Part shown: positions 8,941-18,443 of the stretch, piece after piece | Numbering within the stretch: position 1 is the first letter of the stretch | How the letters are laid out: each line of letters starts with the position of its first letter | Assembly (NCBI RefSeq): GCF_018336915.1 | Contig: NZ_CP064923.1 | Span: 4,230,001 to 4,262,000 of the forward strand | DNA: 32,000 bases | DNA from: Acaryochloris marina S15 | GTDB lineage: Bacteria; Cyanobacteriota; Cyanobacteriia; Thermosynechococcales; Thermosynechococcaceae | Direction of reading: 5' to 3' | Notes under the pieces: model-generated | Database searches by the model: none | The model's input: the letters and a program-made list of their open reading frames with translations, nothing else | Told to the model about the DNA's origin: nothing | Program-made: the position numbers and the translations under genes

Positions 8941-9507
8941 CTATTTCCAGTGTGGATTATCGCTAGAAGTAAAGCTGTTAAATAGGGACTCATACCGGCA
9001 GCCGTCTTCAGCAACGACAGTGCAGTCAGTTGCATGAATTGAATCACGTAGGCTTTTGATCGGATCGTCAATTTTCGGTATCGACAACACATTCATGATA
9101 CGGTTTCGAGCGTCCAGCAGGTCTGGATTATCCTCTGCGTATTCACGCTCCATAAAGACAGCAGTCTTTCGCATCTCAATGAGTGAGCCATTACCAGAAA
9201 ACTTAAGAAGATCACGCCAGTATGGAGCGGTCATTAGAACCGCTAAGAACTCGGTGAGGTCTGATGCAACATGCCCTGCTTGTCCTTCAGAAGTCACATA
9301 AAGAATTGGGAGAGTATTTGGGTCACCGTTTCCATATGCAAGAAAAACACCACCTGTTCTTTCACCAGCAATAACTTTAAACGGAGTTTCCGGATCCAAC
9401 TGGATCCATGAGGAGTCATCAGCAGCACGCAATGTATCGAAGTCAAAGGGCCAATAGAGATCTTCAATCAGTTGCTGGGAGGAGTTCAGATCAGCAATCG
9501 TGATCAT
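8941..9507 (-). CDS. SMI1/KNR4 (SUKH superfamily)-like protein, putative immunity-type protein
   Basis: 188 aa. The central IAGERTGGVFLAYGNGDPNTLPILYVTSEGQAGHVASDLTEFLAVL matches the SUKH logic (G..GG..f.l......v........g....vA.sf.eFL). The assignment is by eye only. Confidence 0.45.
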   Translation of the reverse strand: MITIADLNSSQQLIEDLYWPFDFDTLRAADDSSWIQLDPETPFKVIAGERTGGVFLAYGNGDPNTLPILYVTSEGQAGHVASDLTEFLAVLMTAPYWRDLLKFSGNGSLIEMRKTAVFMEREYAEDNPDLLDARNRIMNVLSIPKIDDPIKSLRDSIHATDCTVVAEDGCRYESLFNSFTSSDNPHWK

Positions 9508-9701
9508 AATGTGTTCAATATTCGATTTACCGGATATCCATAATTAGAAAGAGAATGTCCTCCTAATAAGAGAGAAATTGATGGCTAGCCTAACGCTCAA
9601 AGCCAAGTCATTGCCAAGTTAGAACCTTATAACTGAAGACCCAAATTTACGGACATGAGTCGATAAGCAAATGAAGTGAACTGCCTGTAAAGCGGAGATT
9701 A

Positions 9702-11084
9702 TTACAGCAGATCTTGGCATAATTGACGAAAATGATCGCCTCGTTTCTCGAAATTTCGATATTGGTCAAAGCTAGCACAGGCAGGCGATAAGAGCACACT
9801 TTTTGCTTGTAGAGAAGGGGCCACATCAGCAGCTCTGGCAACCGCTTTGTCCATCGTTTCTACAACTTCATAATTGTCATATCCGATAGCCTTAAGACGC
9901 TGGCTAAAGTCATCGGCTGCACTGCCAATCAACAGCACCTTGGCAGCTTGAGCCTGAATGGTTTGCAGCCACGCCTGATCGTCACCGACCTTGGCTTCTC
10001 CACCCGCGATCAGAATGGCAGGATAGTTGACCGCAGCCAGTCCAGTTTGGGCAGCTTCATAATTGGTGGCTTTGCTGTCATTGATAAAATCTACGCCCTG
10101 CCAGGTACAAATATGCTCTAAGCGATGAGCCACACCGGGGAAAGTGGATACGGCAGTTGCGATCGCATCTTTCCCAATCCCAGCCAAATGAGCCACCGCA
10201 ACTGCCAGCAATAGATTTTGCTGATTATGCGCCCCCAACATTCGCATTGATTCAACAGCAACAATCGGCTTACCTTCCACCTTCACCCATCCCTCCTCAA
10301 TAAAAATATGGGGCACGGGGCAGCGTTGACCATTACAACCATTGGGTAGGCTTGGGCCATGGCTACTCGTCCAATAAGCATCGGACCATCGCCAAGGCAA
10401 GCCTTTGATCAAACCCTGATCATCACCGTTGAGAATTTTCTGCTTGGACTGATCGAGGAGTAAGGCCTTAATTTCGCGATAGCACTCAACTGTGCCGTGG
10501 CGCTCAAGATGATCGGGGGAGAAGGTCGTCCACACCCCAATGGTGGGGGCTAGAGTGGGTGAAGATTCAATTTGGTAACTACTGACCTCCGCAATCACCC
10601 AATCCAGTGGCTCACCCGCTAGGGCCAGCTCACAGGCACTATAGCCAATATTGCCGCAGGCGGGTGCTCGCAGCCCCGCCGCCTTAAAAATCGCTTCGAC
10701 AATCGCAGTTGTGGTTGTTTTACCGTTGGTCCCCGTAATGCCAATCCAGGGATATTGCTGCAGGTATCGCCAGGCAAGTTCTAGTTCTCCAAACGTTTCA
10801 ATTCCTTGGGATCTCGCTTCCTCTAAAGCAGGAAGTTGCCAAGGTACACCGGGGCTGACCACAATTCGATCAGGGCGGTCCAGATCCAGTTCGGCCAAGG
10901 CAGCCAGGGAAAATTTCAGATTTAAATGGATAGAGATATCTTCTGCAGCTAAAGTCTGCTGAGTTTTCACTAACCCTTCAGATTGGCCTGCATCACTAAC
11001 ATCAACCTGCCACCCTTCACGGCGCAACAGACGAGCAGCCGCGATACCGGAGCGGCCAAGACCAATAATATGAGCAGAAGGCAT
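9702..11084 (-). CDS. murD: UDP-N-acetylmuramoyl-L-alanine--D-glutamate ligase
   Basis: 460 aa. It has an N-terminal Rossmann motif ([15 protein letters not shown]), a Mur ligase P-loop ([11 protein letters not shown]), DNYEAA-type and C-terminal motifs, and the typical MurD length. Confidence 0.92.
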   Translation of the reverse strand: MPSAHIIGLGRSGIAAARLLRREGWQVDVSDAGQSEGLVKTQQTLAAEDISIHLNLKFSLAALAELDLDRPDRIVVSPGVPWQLPALEEARSQGIETFGELELAWRYLQQYPWIGITGTNGKTTTTAIVEAIFKAAGLRAPACGNIGYSACELALAGEPLDWVIAEVSSYQIESSPTLAPTIGVWTTFSPDHLERHGTVECYREIKALLLDQSKQKILNGDDQGLIKGLPWRWSDAYWTSSHGPSLPNGCNGQRCPVPHIFIEEGWVKVEGKPIVAVESMRMLGAHNQQNLLLAVAVAHLAGIGKDAIATAVSTFPGVAHRLEHICTWQGVDFINDSKATNYEAAQTGLAAVNYPAILIAGGEAKVGDDQAWLQTIQAQAAKVLLIGSAADDFSQRLKAIGYDNYEVVETMDKAVARAADVAPSLQAKSVLLSPACASFDQYRNFEKRGDHFRQLCQDLL

Positions 11085-11156
11085 AGAAGGGAGTACAGTG
11101 ATTCAGCAATCCTGATCGTATCGCTTGGTGGTCCCTTTGCTCCAGTTAAATGCTCC

Positions 11157-12203
11157 TTAGGGATAAATTAAAATCTTGTAGGTCTCAGGCCCAGGGGAAA
11201 CAGCTTGCTCTACTGCATTCGCTAAGTCCTGGAGCGGATAGCGATCGCTAACTAGGGCATCGACGTCAATTCGCTTGTTGAAAATAATGTCTGCTGACTG
11301 CTTTTGTAATCGAAAAGAAGAGCTATAGCTGCCAATCAGATCGATTTCGCGGCGATACAAGACGTTGGGATTAATGGGAATCTCGACTTCATCTGGAAAT
11401 TCGGCGAAAAACAGAATTTTTCCTCCCTTACGGGTGCAGTCGAGGGCTTGAAAAAAGGCCTTATCACTGGGCACTGCCAGCAAACTAACATCCACTCCCA
11501 TGCCATTCGTCAGATCTTGAATCTTAGTGGCTAGGTCCGGATCGCGGGCGTCAAAAGCTGCTGCCGCCCCCACCTGCTTTGCTTTTTCAATTCGGGTGGG
11601 CAAGAGGTCAGTTGTAATGGCTCGGCCCCCGACATAGTTGACCAGCATTACAAACATTAAGCCAATGGGACCCGCACCTGTAATCAAAACCGTTTGCCCC
11701 GGCTTGATACCTGCTTTGGTGACGGCCTTCAAACAACAGTTGGTGGGTTCAACAAAGCTGGCTTGCTCAAAAGAAATATCCTTGGGAATCTCGACTAGGC
11801 CGCCACGGGTGACGATATGCCCCGGAACCTTCACGTATTCGGCAAAGCCACCCCCGCTCGGGCTAAATCCTGCCGTAGTTGTGATATTTTTATACACCTC
11901 GCACATGGAAAAGTTGTCATTGAGACAATACTCACAGTGCATGCAGGGAATATGGTGCAGCACAACTACCCGTTGACCGACGTGCCAGCCCTTAACTTCA
12001 GAGCCCACTGCGGCAATCTTACCCGCTGTTTCATGACCAAAGATACGGGGTGGTTCGTAGAGGGGATAGCGAATTTTTTTAATGTCAGACTGACAAAGTC
12101 CCACCACTTTGACTTGGACCAGGACCTCATCCTTACCGATATCTGGTTTAGGGACTTCTTCGTAACTGAGTTGATTGACTCCTCGAAAGACTTGAGCTTT
12201 CAT
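11157..12203 (-). CDS. Zinc-dependent medium-chain dehydrogenase/reductase (threonine/sorbitol dehydrogenase-like)
   Basis: 348 aa. It has the catalytic Zn motif GHETAG, a structural Zn cluster CMHCEYCLNDNFSMC, and an NAD-binding motif ITGAGPIGL. Confidence 0.85.
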   Translation of the reverse strand: MKAQVFRGVNQLSYEEVPKPDIGKDEVLVQVKVVGLCQSDIKKIRYPLYEPPRIFGHETAGKIAAVGSEVKGWHVGQRVVVLHHIPCMHCEYCLNDNFSMCEVYKNITTTAGFSPSGGGFAEYVKVPGHIVTRGGLVEIPKDISFEQASFVEPTNCCLKAVTKAGIKPGQTVLITGAGPIGLMFVMLVNYVGGRAITTDLLPTRIEKAKQVGAAAAFDARDPDLATKIQDLTNGMGVDVSLLAVPSDKAFFQALDCTRKGGKILFFAEFPDEVEIPINPNVLYRREIDLIGSYSSSFRLQKQSADIIFNKRIDVDALVSDRYPLQDLANAVEQAVSPGPETYKILIYP

Positions 12204-12267
12204 GCTGTCCCGAACCCTAACTAACGTCTGCCCTCAGCTTATCGTGTTGCTTCCTAGGCCTCAAGCA

Positions 12268-12298
12268 AAGAAACCCCACCAGCAGGCAGGGTTTCTTT
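12268..12298 (-). terminator. Intrinsic terminator-like hairpin downstream of desC
   Basis: aaagaaaccc (12268-12277) pairs perfectly with gggtttcttt (12289-12298) around an 11-nt loop. It lies 29 nt past the desC stop. On the minus strand the stem ends in a T-rich run. Confidence 0.6.
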
Positions 12299-12326
12299 AC
12301 AAATTTATGGGTGTCCCTAAATGGGT

Positions 12327-13172
12327 CTAGGCACCATCATTGGCCGCAATCTGTTGCGAACTAGGAAGACGGACTTTATCCGCTAAGCCCAGAGTCTTGA
12401 GCAGACTGACCATCATCCAAGTGGTGTCAATTTCCCACCATTGCAAGCCATGGCGAGCAGATTGAGGAAAGGCATGGTGATTATTGTGCCAGCCTTCACC
12501 ATAGGTCAGGAGGGCAACCCACCAGCAGTTGGTAGATTGATCATCAGACTCATAGGTTTTATAGCCAAACTTATGGGTGGCGCTATTCACAAACCAAGTG
12601 CAGTGATAGACCAATACCAAGCGGACGAAAATACCCCAGACCACTAAAGGCCAACCGCCAACGAAGTACAGCAATACTCCAAAGACGATTTGCATCGGGA
12701 AGAAATAGTCATCTAAAAACCGATAAAAGGGATCAGTATTGATGTCTTTCGTCAGTTTTTCAATTTCTGCCTCTGCTGGGATTTCATGAATCATCCAGCC
12801 CATATGGCTCCACCAGAAACCATTACGGGAGTTGTGCTGGTCCAGCTCCGTATCAGAGTTCATATGGTGATTACGATGGAGTCCAACCCACCAGATCACG
12901 CCTCCTTCACAGGCCAAGGACCCACAAAAGACGAGAAAATACTCCAACCATTTCGGGGTTTTAAAACTGCGGTGGGTGAGCATTCGATGCCAACCCAGGG
13001 TGATACCGAGTCCACCCGTGACCCAGTGAAAAAATACGGCAAATCCCACGACTGACCAGCTGAAGTTGCTGGGTACGAAGGCAAACAGTGCTCCTACATG
13101 AATAGCGACGAGGACCACAATAAAGGTCCAATCACGCTTAAGCTGTGATGGCGGTGTTGTTGCGATAGTCAT
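12327..13172 (-). CDS. desC: Acyl-lipid delta-9 fatty acid desaturase
   Basis: 281 aa with three His boxes (HRMLTHRSF, HRNHH, HNNHHAFP) and four hydrophobic segments, which is the cyanobacterial DesC architecture. Confidence 0.88.
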   Translation of the reverse strand: MTIATTPPSQLKRDWTFIVVLVAIHVGALFAFVPSNFSWSVVGFAVFFHWVTGGLGITLGWHRMLTHRSFKTPKWLEYFLVFCGSLACEGGVIWWVGLHRNHHMNSDTELDQHNSRNGFWWSHMGWMIHEIPAEAEIEKLTKDINTDPFYRFLDDYFFPMQIVFGVLLYFVGGWPLVVWGIFVRLVLVYHCTWFVNSATHKFGYKTYESDDQSTNCWWVALLTYGEGWHNNHHAFPQSARHGLQWWEIDTTWMMVSLLKTLGLADKVRLPSSQQIAANDGA

Positions 13173-13331
13173 TTAGTCTCTTTGTAAATGAATATTTCGA
13201 CAAGAAAACAAGGGTAAACCTTATATAGGATTCTTATACTTGCCTAATCTCCGCCTAAACCAGCTTTGTACGTCCACAACGATAAAAATCAAACCTTTAG
13301 TGGCTGTACGTTGTAAAGAAAAAGTTGCTCT

Positions 13332-14564
13332 ATGAAACCCCTTACACAGCTAGAGGCAGCCGAACAGGCAATGTCTCTCATCTTTTCTAAGATTGACACT
13401 CAAGTCAAGAAAAACTTAACACAAATATTAAAATCTTTTCATAATTACCGCTTGGGTCCCCATCATTTTGCTAGTGTATCGGGTTACGGTCATGACGATT
13501 TAGGCCGGGAAGTTCTGGATCAGGTATACGCAGAAGTCATGGGCGCAGAAGCTGCCCTGGTGAGGGTTCAGTTTGTATCGGGCACCCATGCGATCGCAAC
13601 TGCTCTGTTTGGCGTATTGCGCCCCGGAGACCACATGCTGTCCGTGGCAGGGGCACCCTACGACACCTTAGAAGAAGTCATTGGCATCCGCGGAGAAGGA
13701 CAAGGCTCCCTAAAAGATTTTGGGGTAGAGTATCGGCAACTTGAGTTAACGCCAACCGGAACCATCGATTGGCAGGCCTTAGAAACCAGTATTCAGCCCC
13801 AAACTCGTCTCGTCCTCATTCAACGATCCTGTGGATATAGCTGGCGACCCAGTCTGAGCATTGAAGAGATTGGCAAAATCGTGGACCGGGTCAAAGCTCA
13901 AAATCCGAATACCATTTGTTTTGTCGACAACTGCTATGGAGAATTTATTGAAGACCGTGAGCCCCCGGCCGTGGGAGCTGATCTGATTGCAGGTTCACTA
14001 ATCAAAAATCCCGGTGGCACCATTGTCACAGCAGGTGGGTATATTGCTGGTCGCCGCGATCTAGTTGAAGCCGCTGCCTGTCGATTAACCTCGCCCGGAA
14101 TTGGCTCAGCCGGAGGGGCTACCTTGGATCAAACCCGGCTGATGTTTCAAGGGTTGTTTTTAGCACCCCAAATGGTGGGGGAAGCCATGAAGGGCAATCA
14201 TTTAGTGGCCCATGTGTTTCAGGGACTGGGGTATCCCGTTAATCCCTTACCAGAAGCGCCCCGACGAGATGTAATCCAGGCGGTAAAGTTAGGATCGGCG
14301 GAAAAATTGGTGGCTTTTTGCCGGGCTTTTCAGCAATATTCACCCGTGGGCTCTTATCTCGATCCGATGCCCGCCCCGATGCCGGGCTATGACAGTAATT
14401 TAGTCATGGCAGGCGGCACCTTTATCGATGGCAGTACCTCAGAACTCTCTGCGGATGGGCCGTTGCGAGAACCCTATATTGTCTTCTGTCAGGGAGGGAC
14501 TCACTGGACTCATGTTGCGATCGCATTAGAAGCTGCCATTGAAGCCGTAGGCCCCGGCCCCTAA
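13332..14564 (+). CDS. Aluminium-resistance/YnbB-like PLP-dependent (Cys/Met metabolism family) protein
   Basis: 410 aa. SGYGHDDLGREVLDQVYAEVMGAEAALVRVQFVSGTHAI and SLIKNPGG are characteristic of the YnbB-like family. Confidence 0.75.
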   Translation: MKPLTQLEAAEQAMSLIFSKIDTQVKKNLTQILKSFHNYRLGPHHFASVSGYGHDDLGREVLDQVYAEVMGAEAALVRVQFVSGTHAIATALFGVLRPGDHMLSVAGAPYDTLEEVIGIRGEGQGSLKDFGVEYRQLELTPTGTIDWQALETSIQPQTRLVLIQRSCGYSWRPSLSIEEIGKIVDRVKAQNPNTICFVDNCYGEFIEDREPPAVGADLIAGSLIKNPGGTIVTAGGYIAGRRDLVEAAACRLTSPGIGSAGGATLDQTRLMFQGLFLAPQMVGEAMKGNHLVAHVFQGLGYPVNPLPEAPRRDVIQAVKLGSAEKLVAFCRAFQQYSPVGSYLDPMPAPMPGYDSNLVMAGGTFIDGSTSELSADGPLREPYIVFCQGGTHWTHVAIALEAAIEAVGPGP

Positions 14565-14574
14565 TTAATCAAAA

Positions 14575-14599
14575 GGGGCCTGTTGATGCAACAGGCCCC
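14575..14599. terminator. GC-rich hairpin between convergent ynbB-like and nfuA genes; canonical intrinsic terminator for nfuA
   Basis: ggggcctgtt (14575-14584) and aacaggcccc (14590-14599) pair around a 5-nt loop. The aaaa at 14571-14574 supplies a U-tract for the minus-strand transcript. Confidence 0.7.
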
Positions 14600-14624
14600 C
14601 GGTTCTATTCAAGTTAGCGGTTTA

Positions 14625-14867
14625 TTAAAAGACCTGCTCAACCTCAGAAATCTCGGGGATGGTGTCTCTGAGTTTGCGCTCGATTCCCATCTTTAAAGTC
14701 ATGGCAGAACTGGGGCAAGATCCACAGGCTCCTTGCAGACGTAGCTTAACCACAGGACCTTCGACTTCAACCAATTCAACATTGCCACCGTCTGCCATTA
14801 GGTAAGGACGGAGCTCATCTAATACTGTTTCTACGTTTTCGGGATTAAGTTCTAACGTTTGTGACAT
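14625..14867 (-). CDS. nfuA: NifU C-terminal-domain (Nfu-type) Fe-S cluster scaffold/carrier protein
   Basis: 80 aa. [54 protein letters not shown] contains the CxxC Nfu motif and resembles the cyanobacterial NfuA I remember. Confidence 0.9.
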   Translation of the reverse strand: MSQTLELNPENVETVLDELRPYLMADGGNVELVEVEGPVVKLRLQGACGSCPSSAMTLKMGIERKLRDTIPEISEVEQVF

Positions 14868-15012
14868 GGCTAAACCTTGGTGTGCTGATCTATATTGTAG
14901 CGATTGCTGTGGAGACCTTGAAACCGATCAAAACCTTTCGCTTAAACGATATCTGTATCCACAGCCTGCAGGGAAACTTTTCATCAGTGAGTATCCCAAA
15001 CAGGCAAAAAAT

Positions 15013-15040
15013 AAAGGGTGAAGGTTAACCTTCACCCTTT
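15013..15040 (-). terminator. Perfect 28-nt palindromic hairpin downstream of the 101-aa basic protein gene
   Basis: aaagggtgaagg-ttaa-ccttcacccttt. On the minus strand it is followed by attttttg (complement of caaaaaat, 15005-15012). Confidence 0.7.
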
Positions 15041-15062
15041 GAAAATTAGGAGCTTGAACTAT

Positions 15063-15368
15063 CTACCTTGCAAGAGACAATTCTTCCGTTTCTACCCTTA
15101 GACTAGGGAATAGAAAATGGTTTTCTTCGACATATTGAGCACCGAACAAACCTTTTTCGGCCCAAAAGTACCGATCAGTCGTATGTTCGTTGCGCTTGAC
15201 GAGAAGTAGAGCTGGAGGGATAACCCCTGCAGTTTGGATATACTTCCGGGCTGCTGTTACTGGTTTATCCTCTCCGCTTTCAATACTGAACTGAGGAACA
15301 TTTTCCAAAATTCGTCGTCCTTCCTGGCGACGACGACTTTTGCGTTTCCGTCTTCTTGCCAAACCCAA
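15063..15368 (-). CDS. Small conserved-looking protein with a strongly basic N-terminus (RRRKRKSRRRQEGRR)
   Basis: The ORF has TTG starts at 15368 and 15362. AAGGAGG (complement of 15371-15377) lies 8 nt before the second TTG, so 15362 (giving MARRRKRKSRRR...) is the more likely start. This may be a cyanobacteria-specific DUF family, but I cannot name it with confidence. Confidence 0.55.
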   Translation of the reverse strand: MGLARRRKRKSRRRQEGRRILENVPQFSIESGEDKPVTAARKYIQTAGVIPPALLLVKRNEHTTDRYFWAEKGLFGAQYVEENHFLFPSLRVETEELSLAR

Positions 15369-15566
15369 GACCTCCTTAAGCTATACCGCAGTGTAGTCAA
15401 AGTTACAAAAGCTTAATGAGTATAACTGGAGACAAATTAGAATTCAACTTTATTTAAAGTTTTGATAAGCAAAAATAGGCTGAAAAACGATTTTTTGCAC
15501 CTTTTAAGCTTTTTTAGATGTAAAAAAATGTAAAGTTTTCTCAGGGGTTTATGAGATAATCCGGGA

Positions 15567-15953
15567 TTAGCCTTCAACTTTGGCTTGGTACTCTGATGCG
15601 GTCATCGCCTTATCTAAAGCAGCGGCCTCACTCACCTTAATCTTGAGAAGCCAACCATTCGTGTAAGGATCATCTGCCAATTGCTCAGGTGCATCAGCAA
15701 TAGCCGTATTGCACTCTAATACTGTTCCATTAATCGGAGCATAAATATCTTCTACAGCTTTGACGGATTCGATATTTCCCATCACGTCTCCCTGGGATAA
15801 CTCGTCTCCGACTTCCGGCAATTCGATAAAAACAATATCCCCTAACTGATCGATCGCAAATGCAGAAATACCAACCGTAGCAACCTCTCCCTCCAGGCGC
15901 ACATATTCATGGGAGTCCATATATTTCAGATTTTCGGGATATTCAAAGCTCAT
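15567..15953 (-). CDS. gcvH: Glycine cleavage system protein H
   Basis: 128 aa. It has the lipoyl-lysine motif ESVKAV and the typical Y..SHEYVR / GISAFA..QLGDIVF pattern. Confidence 0.93.
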   Translation of the reverse strand: MSFEYPENLKYMDSHEYVRLEGEVATVGISAFAIDQLGDIVFIELPEVGDELSQGDVMGNIESVKAVEDIYAPINGTVLECNTAIADAPEQLADDPYTNGWLLKIKVSEAAALDKAMTASEYQAKVEG

Positions 15954-16021
15954 AATGGGGGGCCTCAGTCAGTAAGGGAGTTGGGTAGGATAATCATCCA
16001 AACCATATTTTGCCTTAAATC

Positions 16022-17128
16022 TTACGCTTTAGGTCGCCGATAAAAGGGCTTTTTAACAACCGTTGCCTGTTGGGACTTCTTGCGGATTAACACCGAGACT
16101 TCCGTACCGGATTTGGCGTAGGCAGTCGGAACATAGGCAAGGGCAATCGCTTTGCCCAAGGTGGGGGAAAAACTGCCGCTCGTGACGATACCTACTTCTT
16201 GGTCATTGACCAACACAGGATAATCATGACGGGCAATATGGCGACCCTGCATTTCCAAAGCCACTAACTTTCGAGGCGGTCCATCGGCTTTCTGCTTCTG
16301 CAAGATGTCTTGACCAATAAATTCACCTTGATCCACGTTAACCAGCCATCCCAACCCAGCTTCATAGGGGGTGGTCGTGTCATTAATATCTTGGCCATAC
16401 AGGGCCATGGCGGCTTCTAACCGTAAGGTATCGCGGGCACCCAAACCACAGGGGGAAACGCCAGCATCCAAGAGGGTTTGCCATAGTTTCTTCCCGGTTT
16501 CTGGATCGACCATGACTTCAAAACCGTCTTCGCCGGTATACCCCGTGCGGGCAAACCAGGCAGGTTGTTCCAGGATGGTCCCAGACTGATGGCGGTAATT
16601 ACGGATGGCCGTGAGATCGGTGGGAGTGAAGCGTTGCAGAGTTGCGATCGCATCCGGTCCTTGAACCGCAATCAGCACCAGTGAATCGGAAACATCTTCA
16701 AATCCAATCGCCTCAGCAGAGACATGCTCTAGTAACCAGGCTTTGTCTTTGGCCGTTGTGGAAGCATTGACAATGAGCTTGCCCGTTTCTGCCCCTGACT
16801 CTGTGAACCCTTCAAAATAAAAGATCAGATCGTCAATAATGCCAGCTTGCTCATTGAGGAAAACGGAATACTTGGCCTGCCCCGGTTCAAGCTGGCTGAG
16901 GTCCGAGGGCACTAAGGGCTGCAATTTTTGCCGCAAATTATCCCCCTGGAGCAAGAATTTTCCCATATGGGAAATATCAAACATGCCCACTTTTTGGCGA
17001 ACATTTTGGTGCTCCACTGTAATACCTTCGTATTGAACCGGCATATTCCAGCCCCCAAAGCCCATCATCCGGGCATTGAGCTGTTGATGTTGCTCTAGTA
17101 AGGGAGTTGGTTTCAAGGAGTCTGCCAT
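16022..17128 (-). CDS. gcvT: Glycine cleavage system aminomethyltransferase T
   Basis: 368 aa. GGWNMPVQYEGI..EH..VR..VGMFDISHMGK, RTGYTGEDGFE and GLGARDTLRLEA are GcvT hallmarks. It sits upstream of gcvH on the same strand. Confidence 0.93.
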   Translation of the reverse strand: MADSLKPTPLLEQHQQLNARMMGFGGWNMPVQYEGITVEHQNVRQKVGMFDISHMGKFLLQGDNLRQKLQPLVPSDLSQLEPGQAKYSVFLNEQAGIIDDLIFYFEGFTESGAETGKLIVNASTTAKDKAWLLEHVSAEAIGFEDVSDSLVLIAVQGPDAIATLQRFTPTDLTAIRNYRHQSGTILEQPAWFARTGYTGEDGFEVMVDPETGKKLWQTLLDAGVSPCGLGARDTLRLEAAMALYGQDINDTTTPYEAGLGWLVNVDQGEFIGQDILQKQKADGPPRKLVALEMQGRHIARHDYPVLVNDQEVGIVTSGSFSPTLGKAIALAYVPTAYAKSGTEVSVLIRKKSQQATVVKKPFYRRPKA

Positions 17129-17283
17129 GATAATCCACGCTTGCGTTGAGCTGGTGACTGGCGTAGATGTAATACGTCTCTAGGACGATGGGTTCTCCAA
17201 ACCAGCCCCCGCCTTTATATCATGAACCCTGCGCCTTGATCAGTGTAGGAAAAACAGCCCCATCCATTCTGAGTGAAACCAAC

Positions 17284-18156
17284 CTATTTTCGGTAGGGAG
17301 CCAGTAGAAATTTCCAGCTTCGCTCACGGCGCTGATAGTCTACAGGACATAAGTCAGCCCGCTCTTGGGGGAGATCGCCACTGGTGACGAAATCAGCAAA
17401 TTTCTCAGGATTACTGCCATAAATAATGCAGGAAATGGTGTAATAACGCTGTGCTCCTAAACCATGGGATGCCCAAAACGGTAGCTCTTGGAGCTGCTCT
17501 TCTTCTTCCGCATCTACATCAAACTGATCGATTCCGGCAATGACTGCATCATCATCTTGCAGCTCTAGCAACATCACCGCAGCAAACTCATCCACCACAT
17601 TCTCTTCTAGCCCGGTAATGGGAAGTTGGTATTGGTCAACAAAAGCATGGCCGAGTTCATGGAAAAACGTGAACAGTGCAGAGTAGATCACCTCATCTGC
17701 GTAGGCTTCAGGAGACTGATTGTCTTCACCCAGAATGTCGGTATATTGTTTGAGCAGCTCGTAGCACATGTCGATTTTGACTTGCTCAGGATCATAAAAA
17801 GCATTGGCCTCGCCACATTCTTGAAAGCTAACCGTGATATCTCTCGAAAAAGCAAACTTGGTATTGAGTTGGGCAATCAATCCATCTTTTTCCTGGGGTA
17901 TAGAAAATTCTAGAGAATTTTGTAGAGCTTCGTAGATAGCATTGAAGTTCGCATCATTCGGCTGGACATAAACAATCCGAATGTCACCTTGGTCAGCAAT
18001 CTTCTGACGGGACACTTGAGCAATTTTGAGCGGTTTGTTTTGAGGAGAAGCATTGATTAAGGGACTCGCACATCCTGCAGTGGCCCACAGCATACTGCCC
18101 ATCGCAACGCCCCATTGCCAAGATTTAGGCTTCCAGAACTGATTCATAAGTGGCAC
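17284..18156 (-). CDS. DUF4344-type putative zinc metallopeptidase, probably secreted or lipid-anchored
   Basis: 290 aa. An HExxH motif occurs in FFHELGHAFVDQYQLPITGLEENVVDEFAAVMLLE, which I recognise as the DUF4344 pattern. The N-terminal signal ends in ATAGC, a possible lipobox. Confidence 0.7.
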   Translation of the reverse strand: MPLMNQFWKPKSWQWGVAMGSMLWATAGCASPLINASPQNKPLKIAQVSRQKIADQGDIRIVYVQPNDANFNAIYEALQNSLEFSIPQEKDGLIAQLNTKFAFSRDITVSFQECGEANAFYDPEQVKIDMCYELLKQYTDILGEDNQSPEAYADEVIYSALFTFFHELGHAFVDQYQLPITGLEENVVDEFAAVMLLELQDDDAVIAGIDQFDVDAEEEEQLQELPFWASHGLGAQRYYTISCIIYGSNPEKFADFVTSGDLPQERADLCPVDYQRRERSWKFLLAPYRK

Positions 18157-18443
18157 TTCTTCACATCAATCAACCTCGATGAATTCCTTGCACCCTGCCT
18201 ATTGCTAGACACATTCATCGATATTGAAATCACTGTAGTTTACGGCCAACCTTCACTATTATTTTTGCCTAAAAACTTACGAATTTTGATATCTCGGAGC
18301 AGTACAAAAAGGCTGTTACCAAATTTGCAACCCCTGCCAAACCTAAAGACAGTTGGGCTAGAGTCGAGATGAACAGCTCTAACTGGAACTCATCCATTAT
18401 TCGGGAGATCCATCTAAGCCATCCTTGTTGTCGAGATAGTCCT

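Noticed and set aside
8865-9301. ORFs 8865-9092 (minus) and 9056-9301 (plus) overlapping the SUKH-like gene
   Set aside because: They overlap a longer ORF that has a recognisable domain pattern. Their translations are Cys/Arg/Ser-rich and implausible.
10651-12224. Plus-strand ORFs inside murD and the Zn-dehydrogenase gene (10651-10962, 10983-11171, 11638-11976, 11817-12224)
   Set aside because: They are antisense shadows of strongly supported genes. Their translations are low-complexity (Ala/Ser/Pro/Arg-rich) and carry no motifs.
16371-17036. ORFs overlapping gcvT (16371-16589 plus, 16417-16671 minus in another frame, 16839-17036 plus)
   Set aside because: They lie entirely within the well-supported gcvT frame and have no independent evidence.
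17129-17283. Possible glycine riboswitch in the gcvT leader
   Set aside because: I read the minus-strand leader and found no tandem or single aptamer core (no GGAGAG...CACCGAAGGGGCAA-like elements). Only incidental G-rich runs are present.
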